Shown piece after piece: positions 38,839 to 48,718 of a stretch of DNA of 54,045 bases. This DNA is from Parabacteroides sp. (GTDB lineage Bacteria; Bacteroidota; Bacteroidia; Bacteroidales; Tannerellaceae): positions 1 to 54,045 of the forward strand of contig DBGBSM010000366.1 in the NCBI GenBank assembly GCA_048468815.1, in the 5' to 3' direction. The stretch's first letter is position 1; every line of letters starts with the position of its first letter. The position numbers and the translations under genes are program-made. Under the pieces are notes generated by a model. It searched no databases. It had not been told where the DNA came from and saw only the letters and a list, made by a program, of their open reading frames with translations.

Positions 38839-39133
38839 CTGTAGGATATTTGCAATTAAACCCGATGCCTTTTCCCTAAACCAACCTGTTGCCAGCCTGT
38901 CCTTTCTCGCTTGCCGGAGCTAAGGATGCGGACAGGGCTGGCGGGATAACCGACAATCTTTTCCGGTTAACCGGTACGAAAACGGCTCGCACACGGTAAC
39001 TCACCACATCGATAATCCAGGGTTGCTTGCCGATAGTATAAAGTAATTCGGCTGCAAACATACGGAAAATAGGAGGAACCGGTACGTTTTTTTGGCTAAC
39101 ATGTTACTAACATATCGCTACAGGAGAAGAAAA

Positions 39134-39742
39134 TCAAAGGAGCAGCTCTCCTTTTCCCTGGCGTACTACCTCGAAAGGCTCGGCCGTGCAATCCACAACC
39201 GTGGAGCCTTCGGTATCGCCGTATCCGCCGTCGATAACGTACGCGACAGCGTGCTCGTATTTTTCGTGAATCAGTTCCGGATCGGTAAAATATTCTATCC
39301 CGTCGCCTTCGTCGTGAAGGGAGGTGGTGAGTACGGGGTTGCCTAATTCTTTTACTATTTCGCGGATAATGGCGTTGTCGGGTACGCGGATGCCTACTTC
39401 TTTGCGGTTTTTATAAATCTTGGGAAGCTCGGAGGAGGTAGGCAGGATAAAGGTAAACGGGCCGGGCAGGTTTTTCTTCATCAGTTTGAAGGCGGCATTG
39501 CTCACCTTGGCGTATTCGCTGAGGTTACTCAGGTCGTAGCAGATAATCGAGAGGTCGGTTTTCTTCGGGTTGATACCCTTGAGCCGGCAGATCTTTTCTA
39601 CGGCGCGCACGTTCAAGGCATCGCAGCCGATAGCGTATACGGTATCGGTGGGATAAATAACGAGGGCGCCGTCGCGAAGCGCTTCCACTGCTTTGAGTAT
39701 GTCGCGCTGGTTGGGGTTTTCCGGATAAATTTTCAGTAACAT
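39134..39742 (-). CDS. Sua5/YciO/YrdC family protein (threonylcarbamoyl-AMP synthase-like)
   Basis: IYPTDTVYAIGCD, LPGPFTFIL, VGIRVPD and IDGG..STVVD motifs. Confidence 0.9.
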   Translation of the reverse strand: MLLKIYPENPNQRDILKAVEALRDGALVIYPTDTVYAIGCDALNVRAVEKICRLKGINPKKTDLSIICYDLSNLSEYAKVSNAAFKLMKKNLPGPFTFILPTSSELPKIYKNRKEVGIRVPDNAIIREIVKELGNPVLTTSLHDEGDGIEYFTDPELIHEKYEHAVAYVIDGGYGDTEGSTVVDCTAEPFEVVRQGKGELLL

Positions 39743-39761
39743 GATGTTGGGATAAATTAAA

Positions 39762-40103
39762 TTCGCTCGCCGCGAGGGCGTCTGCCGACGGCTTTGTTTC
39801 TTTCCACTGAAAGAAACAAAGGTAGAAAAGGCTTTCTTTGCGAAGGCAGGCTTTTCTTCCTACCGGCCGGTTTAGGCCGTTACCACGGCGGGTCTTCATT
39901 TTTTTCTCTTGAAAGAAAAAAACGAAGCAAAAAAAGTTCAAGGGCTAACGCTCACTCGCTAAAAATGGCACTCCACTCACTGAAGGCCCCGAACTCGCTC
40001 GCTACGCTCCCTCAAACAGCGTGGCCTTCCGGGCGTTCGCTCCGTACCATTTTCTTTACGCTCGCTCACTGAGGCCCTGGGGTCCCATACGAAGTGGCCG
40101 GTG
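39762..40103 (-). repeat. Structured repeat copy R4 plus accessory modules
   Basis: 39871-40099 matches R2; 39762-39792 is inverted to 118-148; hairpin at 39792-39821. Confidence 0.9.
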
Positions 40104-40268
40104 CTTTTCAGGGTCACGTAGGAAGCGGCTTGCTGAGACGCCAAGAGGCCCTACATAGTGGACGGTATTATAAAACTACCGTTCCAACGAAAAGGCTGGC
40201 GCATTTCAGGATGCGGCAAGATGCGGTTGCACGAGTCCGATGAGAGGCGCATGCTCTTCTCGCTGAAT

Positions 40269-40295
40269 GCTCTGTGCCTCTGTGTCTCTGTGTTC
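40269..40295 (+). repeat. Three CTCTGTG units at 8-bp period
   Basis: GCTCTGTGCCTCTGTGTCTCTGTGTTC. Confidence 0.75.
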
Positions 40296-40401
40296 AATTT
40301 ACAAGCATCCTCCGCTCCCTGGCCCTCATACGAAACGGCCGGCGTTGTTCGATGCGGTAAAAAACCGGTTATAACGTACAAAAAATAGTTCGATAACTAT
40401 A

Positions 40402-40493
40402 AAAAGAACTTTTGACAGCTGTCAAAAGTTCTTGCGACAATCATGAAAAGTTCTTTTGACAGTTATGAAAAGTTCTTTTGACAACTGTCAAAA
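40402..40493. repeat. Four tandem 22-bp units containing a perfect 30-bp palindrome
   Basis: Units resemble AAAAGTTCTTTTGACAGTTATG; palindrome AAGAACTTTTGACAG/CTGTCAAAAGTTCTT at 40404-40433. Confidence 0.85.
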
Positions 40494-40657
40494 TATTTTT
40501 GGTTAGTTATTTTTTCGCGTCCTATCAAGCGGAGCACATAAAAAACACCCGCCCCATCGCGTGGAACCCCATGAGCAATAAGCTATCACCTCTTCTCGGC
40601 GCTTATGCGCCGAGCCGGTGCCCGAGCGGCTATGGAGCGGAAAAGGGCGCTCCCCGG

Positions 40658-41515
40658 TTATCCGTAAATAATATGTCCGTTCTCGTCGGTATATTCCTCT
40701 AAGCCCTTGCTGTACTGGTTCATAGCACGCAGGCTCATACCCATGCTCGAGAAACCGCCGTCATGGAATAAGTTCTGCATCGTTACCTTCTTGGTTAAGT
40801 CGGAGAACATGACGATACAGTAATCCGCACATTCGTCGGCCGAAGCGTTTCCGAGCGGCGACATCTTGTTCGAGAAATCCATCAGGTTTTCCATGCCCTT
40901 TACGCCGCTTCCGGCCGTTGTCAGGGTAGGCGACTGGGAAACGGTGTTGATGCGCACCCCCTTTTCGCGACCGTAAATGTACCCGAAACTCCGGGCGATC
41001 GACTCCAGTAACGCTTTGGCATCAGCCATGTCGTTGTAACCGAAAAAAGTACGTTGGGCCGCCACGTAAGAAAGGGCGAGTACCGAGCCGCCTTCGGAAA
41101 TAGCATCCTGTTTTTTGGCCACCTGCAACATCTTATGGAACGAAAGGGCGGAAATATCCAGCGTTTTGTCCAACATGCCGTAGTCGAGGTCGTCGTACGT
41201 CCGTTTTTTCCGTACGTTCGGCGACATACCTATCGAATGGAGTACAAAATCGATTTTGCCGCCCAACACTTCCATAGAGCGGGCGAATACGTTTTCGAGG
41301 TCTTCCACGCTGGTAGCATCGGCCGGAATCACTTCCGCATGCAATTTATTCGCCAGTTCGTCGATCTGCCCCATACGCACGGCGATGGGCGTGTTCGACA
41401 AGGTGATGGTTGCTCCTTCCTCTACCGCTTTTTCAGCTACTTTCCAGGCAATCGACATATCGTTGAGCGCACCGAAAATGATGCCCCGCTTGCCTTTCAA
41501 TAAATTATGACTCAT
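40658..41515 (-). CDS. fabI: Enoyl-ACP reductase
   Basis: LLKGKRGIIFGALNDMSIAW and YNDMADAKALLES motifs; ATG at 41515; -7 box TACTTTTG at 41540-41547 (- strand). Confidence 0.9.
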   Translation of the reverse strand: MSHNLLKGKRGIIFGALNDMSIAWKVAEKAVEEGATITLSNTPIAVRMGQIDELANKLHAEVIPADATSVEDLENVFARSMEVLGGKIDFVLHSIGMSPNVRKKRTYDDLDYGMLDKTLDISALSFHKMLQVAKKQDAISEGGSVLALSYVAAQRTFFGYNDMADAKALLESIARSFGYIYGREKGVRINTVSQSPTLTTAGSGVKGMENLMDFSNKMSPLGNASADECADYCIVMFSDLTKKVTMQNLFHDGGFSSMGMSLRAMNQYSKGLEEYTDENGHIIYG

Positions 41516-41571
41516 ACCAATATCTTTTATAATACGGCACAAAAGTACATAAAATGTGCAACACGGCAAGC

Positions 41572-44040
41572 TTATTCCCTGAAATAAACTCTTTTTACGC
41601 GCGGCGACACGGAGGTGAACACCTCGTACGGAATGGTTCCGAGCTTGTCGGCCAGCTCCGTTACAGGCAGTTCCTCGCCGAAAATAATCACCGGGTCGCC
41701 TTCGTTGGCATCCGTTCCGGTTACATCGATCATGCACGTATCCATGCAAACATTGCCTACGACGGGGCAACGCCGGCCACGCACCAGCACCTCTCCCACA
41801 CCGCAACCGAAATGACGGTCGAACCCGTCGGCATACCCGATGGGGATGATGGCGATACGCGAGTCACGGGTAACGCATCCCCGACGGCTGTACCCTACGG
41901 TATCGCCGGCCGGCACGTCGCGGATTTGCAGTATCGTGGTTTTCAGCGTACTCACGTTATGCAACCCTTTCTGCCCCGAGGCGCTGATGCCGTACAAGCC
42001 GATGCCGAGCCGTACCATATCCTGCTGGTACTGCGCGAACCGCTCGATGCCCGCCGAGTTGAGGATATGCCGGATTACCTTGTACTCGCATCCCTGCTCC
42101 AATGCCTCGGCCGCCCGGGTAAACGTTTCGATTTGCTGTAAGGTAAAATCGTCGAACTCCGCCGAATCGCTGCCCGCCAGGTGCGAAAAAGCCGACCGGA
42201 TTATCACTCCGCTCTGGCTCTTGATACGCCGGCAAAGCTCCGGTATCTCTTCCGGAGTAAAACCCAACCGGTGCATCCCGGTATCGATTTTTACGTGAAT
42301 GGGATACGAAGTGATGCCCCGCTTTTCCGTTTCCCTTACAAAAGCGTCGAGCAGCCGGAAATTATATACTTCCGGCTCCAGCCGGTGCTCGAACAGCATA
42401 TTGAAACTGCTGAACTCGGGATTCATTACGATAATCGGGATGGTAATGCCTTCTTTCCGCAGCTCGGCACCTTCGTCGGCCACGGCTACGGCCAGGTAAT
42501 CGCACCGGTGCTCCTGAAGCGTTTTCGCCAGTTCGTACGAACCGGCTCCGTAGCCGAACGCTTTTACCATGCACACCATCTTGGTTTCGGGTTTCAGCTT
42601 GGAACGGTAATAATTGAAATTATGTACCACCGCATCCAGGTTTACTTCGAGAATCGTTTCGTGTACCTTCTTCTCTAACAAATCGGATATCTGCTCGAAG
42701 TGGAAATGACGCGAGCCTTTTATCAAAATCAGTTCGTTCCGGAAGTTCTTAAAAGAAGGCGAGTTGATAAATTCGGCCGTGGTGGTATAAAATTCCTTTT
42801 CGGCCGTGGTGAAAGCATCGCCGTATGCACTCATTTCCTTGCCGATGCCGATGATGCGGTCGACCCGGCGCCGTTGCACCATGTCGGCCACTTTCTTGTA
42901 CAAGCTCTTCGGAAGGGTACCCGACTGGAGGATGTCCGACAGGATAAGCGTCCGCTTCATTTCGCGGGCCACCATGCGGCTTTGCTGGAAATCGAGGGCG
43001 ATGTCGAGCGAGTTGATGTCGGAGTTGTACGTATCGTTTATCAGCAGGCAGTCGTTTATACCCTGCTTTACGTCGAGCCGCATGGCTACCGGCTCCAGTT
43101 TCGTAAAACGGGCCTCGTTGTTTACGCTGGTGGGCTTCAGGTACAGCATCAACGCGATGCAATGCAGCACGTTCTCGATGGAAGCGTCGTCGGTAAAGGG
43201 GATGGTAATAAAACGGTCGTATCCGAGGGTGGTACACCGGATAATCGACTGATGCGCCAGCTTCTCGATAGACGAGATAAACAAGGGTGCCTCCGAGTCG
43301 GTACGGCTCCAGGCGATGGCCTTATGCGACAGGCAAGCCGCTTCGATGCTGTTGGCCACCACCGTATCGTCGCCGTCGTAAATAATGGCCTCGCAATCTT
43401 TGAACAACATCAGCTTCTCCTGCAATTTCTGCTTTACCGAGATAAAGTTTTCCTGGTGCGCCTCGCCGATGTTGGTAATAATCCCGATGGTAGGAGCGAT
43501 AATGGGTTGCAGGCGCTCCATTTCGTCGGGCTGCGAAATACCCGCTTCGAAAATACCCAGCGTATTTTTGTTCGACATCTGCCATACCGAAAGGGGTACG
43601 CCCAGTTGCGAATTGTAGCTCCGGGGCGAACGCACGATATTGAACTCGCCGTGCAACAACTGGTACAGAAACTCTTTTACCACGGTTTTTCCGTTGCTGC
43701 CCGTAATCCCGATTACCGGAATGTTGAACCGCTTCCGGTGGAAAGCGGCCAACTGCTGCAAGGCGCGCAGGCAATCTTTCACCACCAGGAAGTTCGCATC
43801 GCGCATCCGCTCGAACTCCGGACGCATTTCGCTTACCACGAAATTGCGCACACGCAGCCTGTAAAGCTCGGATATGTATTTATGGCCGTCGTTCGTTTTC
43901 GTTTTCAGGGCGAAGAAAAGGCTTTGTTCGGGGAAAGAAAGCGAGCGGCTGTCGGTTAATAAGATGCTGATCGTAGTGTCTTTTATTTTCGGGCAAGCGG
44001 CGCCGGTAATGCCGGCTATCTCTTTTATCGTATATTCCAT
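41572..44040 (-). CDS. alr: Bifunctional MurF-like ligase / alanine racemase
   Basis: GITGSNGKT and INDTYNSD (Mur ligase); MVKAFGYG, HVKIDTGMHRLG, IGYADG and VCMD (Alr). Confidence 0.93.
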   Translation of the reverse strand: MEYTIKEIAGITGAACPKIKDTTISILLTDSRSLSFPEQSLFFALKTKTNDGHKYISELYRLRVRNFVVSEMRPEFERMRDANFLVVKDCLRALQQLAAFHRKRFNIPVIGITGSNGKTVVKEFLYQLLHGEFNIVRSPRSYNSQLGVPLSVWQMSNKNTLGIFEAGISQPDEMERLQPIIAPTIGIITNIGEAHQENFISVKQKLQEKLMLFKDCEAIIYDGDDTVVANSIEAACLSHKAIAWSRTDSEAPLFISSIEKLAHQSIIRCTTLGYDRFITIPFTDDASIENVLHCIALMLYLKPTSVNNEARFTKLEPVAMRLDVKQGINDCLLINDTYNSDINSLDIALDFQQSRMVAREMKRTLILSDILQSGTLPKSLYKKVADMVQRRRVDRIIGIGKEMSAYGDAFTTAEKEFYTTTAEFINSPSFKNFRNELILIKGSRHFHFEQISDLLEKKVHETILEVNLDAVVHNFNYYRSKLKPETKMVCMVKAFGYGAGSYELAKTLQEHRCDYLAVAVADEGAELRKEGITIPIIVMNPEFSSFNMLFEHRLEPEVYNFRLLDAFVRETEKRGITSYPIHVKIDTGMHRLGFTPEEIPELCRRIKSQSGVIIRSAFSHLAGSDSAEFDDFTLQQIETFTRAAEALEQGCEYKVIRHILNSAGIERFAQYQQDMVRLGIGLYGISASGQKGLHNVSTLKTTILQIRDVPAGDTVGYSRRGCVTRDSRIAIIPIGYADGFDRHFGCGVGEVLVRGRRCPVVGNVCMDTCMIDVTGTDANEGDPVIIFGEELPVTELADKLGTIPYEVFTSVSPRVKRVYFRE

Positions 44041-44044
44041 CGTG

Positions 44045-45031
44045 TCAATTCAGTTTAGACTTCAACATATCTATTTCATTTCGAATATCAAAGGAAGGGA
44101 ATTTCTGTGTAATTCGTTCCATCTTTAACAAAGTTTGGACGATAAATTTTCGGTACGCTTCGCTGTGCTCGTCGAACGGTCGGTGTTCGAGCGCCCGGGC
44201 TATTTTATCCCATTCTTTCATCGCCTCCTGCGACGAAGGGGAAACGTAGCCCGAAACGAACCGCTCCCAGATATACGCTATGGCCAATGCCGAGGGATGT
44301 ACCATATCATCGGCGTAAAACCGGTAATCGCGCAATTCGTCCATCATCAGCTCGTACGCCGGGAAGTAGGCCACCGAATCCGGGTATTCCTTTACCAGGG
44401 CATCCACGGCCAGCAGCAAAGCGGCTTTACTCAACTGGTTTTCGTGGGCGCCGTCGCGCCAGTGCCGGATAGGGCTTACCGTAAAAATAAATCGCATGCC
44501 GGGCTGTATTTCCCACAGCTCGCGGCATACGGTTCGCAAGGCTTCCGCAATTCCGGCCGTTTCGAGCCGGTAACGGTCGAATTGCCTTTCGGGCAGTTTA
44601 TGGCAATTGGCGACGATACGGCCGGATTCTTTCAGCCGGTAAACGAAAGCGGTACCTAACGTGATAATCGTTACGCGGGTAGCCGGCAGGTTGGCGCGGC
44701 TCTCGGCAAGCCGCCGGTTAATCGCATCCAGGCAGGTTTGCTCCGAAACCGAAGAAAAGCGGCTATGATGGTCGAAACTGTGAAACTGCCCGTTATGGTA
44801 AAACAAGTCGGCCGGCGTATAGAGTTTATCGCTTTTCAATATCCTCACGGCGGAGGCGATGGAACAAGGATTGTAAAGGGTGCCGAACGGGTTGGTATCG
44901 CTCCGGAATTTATACCGGTGCAACTTCAGTCCGATATTCTCGGCGAAACACGACCCCAACAGCAAAAGCCGGTCGGAGTAGGCCAGTGTAAACGGCGGCG
45001 CCGGAAGGTCGATACGGGTGATAAGTTCCAT
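44045..45031 (-). CDS. GSCFA domain protein (SGNH-hydrolase-like)
   Basis: LGSCFAENIG, TVSPIRH and YFPAYE..DELRDYRFY..DMVHP motifs; ATG at 45031. Confidence 0.88.
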   Translation of the reverse strand: MELITRIDLPAPPFTLAYSDRLLLLGSCFAENIGLKLHRYKFRSDTNPFGTLYNPCSIASAVRILKSDKLYTPADLFYHNGQFHSFDHHSRFSSVSEQTCLDAINRRLAESRANLPATRVTIITLGTAFVYRLKESGRIVANCHKLPERQFDRYRLETAGIAEALRTVCRELWEIQPGMRFIFTVSPIRHWRDGAHENQLSKAALLLAVDALVKEYPDSVAYFPAYELMMDELRDYRFYADDMVHPSALAIAYIWERFVSGYVSPSSQEAMKEWDKIARALEHRPFDEHSEAYRKFIVQTLLKMERITQKFPSFDIRNEIDMLKSKLN

Positions 45032-45277
45032 ACGTATATACAATAATAATAAGAGGCGCTTTCCGCGCAAAAGAGACGGTTCGGAACGCGCCGGACAAAT
45101 CCTCCGGAAAAAAGCATCCGCACACGCCCGGTTTCGACTCGCAAAAGCGGGTTTCCTTACGGCAAAAATAGAATTTCTCCCGGTAAAAACAGGCAAAAGG
45201 GAATAAATAAATACACTGCCGTTCATGCCTCCCCGCAAAGGGAATTCGGAAGAATACAGGATAATTGACGGAACAAA

Positions 45278-45310
45278 CTTGTATTATATGCGCTTATTTC
45301 CTTACTTTTG
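45278..45310 (+). promoter_or_regulatory. Promoter of dxs-trkA-trkH
   Basis: CTTG, 21-nt spacer, TACTTTTG. Confidence 0.6.
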
Positions 45311-45409
45311 CAAACTAAAGAATCGAAGACACGCGGCACTCCGGCGCAACAAAACCGGCTTGGCTTTTGCCGCGGCTTACGTTATCTTCGCTTCAAAAAA
45401 TTACCAGAA

Positions 45410-47335
45410 ATGGCAGAAACCGAGGAAAAGCATGTATTGAACCAGTTGAATTTTCCGGCCGATTTACGCAAGTTGGAGCCGGAGAAGCTGGACGAAGTAT
45501 GTGCGGAACTGCGTCGCTATATTATAGATGTGTTATCCGAAAACCCCGGTCATCTGGGGGCGAGCCTGGGCACCGTAGAATTAACGGTGGCCTTGCATTA
45601 CGTATTCGATACGCCGGCCGACCGGATCGTTTGGGACGTAGGGCATCAGGCTTACGGCCACAAGATACTGACAGGGCGGCGCGAATCGTTCCATACGTTA
45701 CGCAGATACGGGGGTATCAGCGGGTTTCCGAATCCGGCCGAGAGCGAGTACGACGCATTCATCGCCGGCCACGCTTCCAATTCCATTTCGGCTGCGTTGG
45801 GCATGTCGGTGGCTTCTTCGCTGAAGAAAGAAGAAAACCGGCACGTAATCGCCGTGATAGGCGACGGCGCCATGACGGGCGGCCTGGCTTTCGAAGGGCT
45901 GAACAACGCTTCTTCCAACCCCAACAACCTGTTGATTATCCTGAACGACAACAATATGGCCATCGACCACAGCGTCGGTGCGTTGAGCCAGTATTTAGTG
46001 GATATTACTACGTCGCAGGCTTACAACAAGATGCGGTACGACGTATACCGCGGCTTCCGGAAACTCAACATCATCACCGACGAATTGCGGGGCAGTATCC
46101 TGCGTTTCAATAACAGCCTGAAGGCGTTGCTTACCAAGCAACATAATTTGTTCGAAGGGTTCAGCATCCGGTATTTCGGCCCGGTAGACGGGCACGACGT
46201 AAAATACCTGGTAAAGGTGCTGAACGACATCAAGGATATGAAGGGACCGAAACTGCTGCATATCCGCACCAAAAAGGGAAAAGGCTTCCAGCCGGCCGAG
46301 GATTCGGCTACCGAGTGGCATGCACCCGGCCGCTTCAACAAGGAAACGGGCAAGCGGATTATCGTGCATAACCTCGACGAGCCGCAACTATATCAGGATG
46401 TGTTCGGGCATACGCTGGTAGAGTTGGCCGGACGCGACGAACGGATAGTGGGCGTAACGCCCGCAATGCCTACCGGCTGCTCGATGATTTATATGATGAA
46501 GGAATTTCCGGAACGCACATTCGACGTAGGCATCGCCGAAGCGCATGCGGTAACCTTTTCGGCCGGCATGGCCAAAGAAGGGCTTATTCCGTTTTGCAAC
46601 GTGTATTCATCTTTCCTGCAACGGGCCTACGACCAGGTAATTCACGATGTGGCCATTCAGCGGCTTCCGCTCATTCTGTGTCTCGACCGGGCCGGATTGG
46701 TGGGCGAAGACGGGGTTACGCACCACGGCGTATTCGACATGGCCGCCTTACGGTGCATACCGAACCTCACGATTGCTTCCCCGCTGAACGAGCATGCCTT
46801 GCGGAACCTCATGTTCACGGCTTACAAGAACCGGGAAGGGGGGCCGTTCGTAATTCGTTATCCCCGCGGGAAAGGCGAGCTAAAAGATTGGCGCAACGAA
46901 ATGCAGGAATTGCCGGTAGGGAAAGGGCGACAACTTGCCGAAGGCAAAGACGCGGCCGTTCTGTCGATCGGCTCCATCGGGTACGAAGTAAAAAAAGCGC
47001 TCCGGCTCCTCGAGGCGGACGGCTTCTCGGTAGCTCATTACGATATGATTTTCCTGAAACCGCTCGACGAAGCGCTCTTGCACGAAGTAGCGAAAAAATA
47101 TAAAAAAATAGTTACCGTAGAAAACGGAGTGATAAACGGAGGTATGGGAAGCGCCGTACTCGAGTTTATGGCCGATAACGGATACACCCCGCAGGTAAAA
47201 CGCATCGGGGTGCCGGATGCATTTATTGAGCACGGCTCTATTCCCGATTTATACAGGCAATGCGGAATGGACGGCGAAGGAATCGCCCGTACGCTCCGTG
47301 GTTGGCTATCGGAACAAGCGCCAGCGATTGAATAA
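45410..47335 (+). CDS. dxs: 1-deoxy-D-xylulose-5-phosphate synthase
   Basis: [31 protein letters not shown] and [10 protein letters not shown] motifs; ATG at 45410. Confidence 0.97.
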   Translation: MAETEEKHVLNQLNFPADLRKLEPEKLDEVCAELRRYIIDVLSENPGHLGASLGTVELTVALHYVFDTPADRIVWDVGHQAYGHKILTGRRESFHTLRRYGGISGFPNPAESEYDAFIAGHASNSISAALGMSVASSLKKEENRHVIAVIGDGAMTGGLAFEGLNNASSNPNNLLIILNDNNMAIDHSVGALSQYLVDITTSQAYNKMRYDVYRGFRKLNIITDELRGSILRFNNSLKALLTKQHNLFEGFSIRYFGPVDGHDVKYLVKVLNDIKDMKGPKLLHIRTKKGKGFQPAEDSATEWHAPGRFNKETGKRIIVHNLDEPQLYQDVFGHTLVELAGRDERIVGVTPAMPTGCSMIYMMKEFPERTFDVGIAEAHAVTFSAGMAKEGLIPFCNVYSSFLQRAYDQVIHDVAIQRLPLILCLDRAGLVGEDGVTHHGVFDMAALRCIPNLTIASPLNEHALRNLMFTAYKNREGGPFVIRYPRGKGELKDWRNEMQELPVGKGRQLAEGKDAAVLSIGSIGYEVKKALRLLEADGFSVAHYDMIFLKPLDEALLHEVAKKYKKIVTVENGVINGGMGSAVLEFMADNGYTPQVKRIGVPDAFIEHGSIPDLYRQCGMDGEGIARTLRGWLSEQAPAIE

Positions 47336-47367
47336 GAAAAACCGATTTGGGCTTTAATTAGTAGTGT

Positions 47368-48705
47368 ATGAAGATTATTATTGCCGGCGCCGGGGAAGTG
47401 GGCACCCATTTGGCCAAGCTGATGGCGCAGGAGAAGCAAGATATCGTTTTGATGGATCCCAGCGAAGAACGGCTGAAGTTCGCGAACTCGTATATGGAAA
47501 TTTTATCGACAGTAGGCAACCCCACTTCGTTGCGCGACCTGGAAGAAGCCGGCATCAAACATGCCGATTTATTCGTGAGCGTTACGCCCGAAGAAACTAC
47601 GAACCTCACCGCCTGCATGTTGGCTGCGAACCTGGGAGCGAAAAAAACATTCGCCCGCATCAACAACTACGAATACTTGTTACCTAAAAACAAGGTGTTT
47701 TTCGAGAAACTGGGCATCAATACGATGATTTATCCCGAAATGCTGGCGGCCAAGGAAATCGTATCGGCCATCAAACGGCCGTGGTCGCGCCAGTACTGGG
47801 AATTGTTCGGGGGAGCGTTGATTCTGATCGGCGTAAAAGTGCGTGAAAACGCGCCTATCGTGGATACGCGCCTGATGGATTTGGTAAACGACAAGAAGTT
47901 ATACCATATCGTAGCCATCAAACGGAACAACGACACGATTATTCCGAACGGTACCGACCTCGTCGAAGCGGGCGACATCCTCTTTTTCACCACGACCCGC
48001 GAGCACGTGGAAGACGTACAGCGGTATGCCGGTAAGCGGAACCCGGAAATGAAGAAAGTGGTGATTATGGGCGGCAGCCGCATCGGCATCCGCGCGTCCC
48101 AGTATTTGCCGAGCAATATCCGGATTAAGATTATCGAAACCGATAAAGACAAAAGTTTCCAGATTGCCGAAAAGGTACCCGGCAACGTACTGGTAATTAA
48201 CGGGGATGCCCGCGATACCGATTTGCTTATTCAGGAAGGTATCAAAGATACCGACGCCTTTATCGCCGTAACCGAAAACTCGAGTACGAATATATTGGCT
48301 TGCATGGCGGCCAAACGGTTCGGCGTATACAAAACCATTGCCAACGTGGAGAATCTCGACTACGTTCCGTTGGCGGAGAAAATGGACATCGGCACGATTA
48401 TCAACAAAAAGCTGATTGCCGCCAGCTACATTTACCAGTTCTTGCTGGATGCGGACGTTACCAACGTAAAGTGCCTCACCTTTGCCGACGCCGAAGTGGC
48501 CGAACTGGTGGCACGTCCGGATTCGAAAATTACGAAAAAGCCGGTAAAGGATTTGAAGCTGCCGAAAGACATGACGCTGGGCGGCTTGCTCCGGAACGGC
48601 GAGCCGATTATGGTAAAGGGGGATACGGTTATCCAGCCGTACGACCATGTGATGGTATTCTGCCTCGACTCGGCCATGCGGAAACTGGAAGATTATTTTA
48701 ATTAA
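47368..48705 (+). CDS. trkA: Trk potassium uptake NAD-binding subunit
   Basis: MKIIIAGAGEVG; second RCK motif VIMGGSRIG. Confidence 0.95.
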   Translation: MKIIIAGAGEVGTHLAKLMAQEKQDIVLMDPSEERLKFANSYMEILSTVGNPTSLRDLEEAGIKHADLFVSVTPEETTNLTACMLAANLGAKKTFARINNYEYLLPKNKVFFEKLGINTMIYPEMLAAKEIVSAIKRPWSRQYWELFGGALILIGVKVRENAPIVDTRLMDLVNDKKLYHIVAIKRNNDTIIPNGTDLVEAGDILFFTTTREHVEDVQRYAGKRNPEMKKVVIMGGSRIGIRASQYLPSNIRIKIIETDKDKSFQIAEKVPGNVLVINGDARDTDLLIQEGIKDTDAFIAVTENSSTNILACMAAKRFGVYKTIANVENLDYVPLAEKMDIGTIINKKLIAASYIYQFLLDADVTNVKCLTFADAEVAELVARPDSKITKKPVKDLKLPKDMTLGGLLRNGEPIMVKGDTVIQPYDHVMVFCLDSAMRKLEDYFN

Positions 48706-48718
48706 ACTTGCCGGGGAA

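Noticed and set aside
40402..40493. Possible CRISPR array
   Set aside because: Units are contiguous with no spacers, and no cas genes are present.
41516..41806. Long N-terminal extensions in the ORF track (fabI; also dxs, GSCFA, aroA and the 51283 ORF)
   Set aside because: They overlap neighbouring genes or promoter boxes; downstream ATGs fit the families better.
41572..44040. MurF-Alr fusion as a novelty
   Set aside because: This fusion is common in Bacteroidetes.
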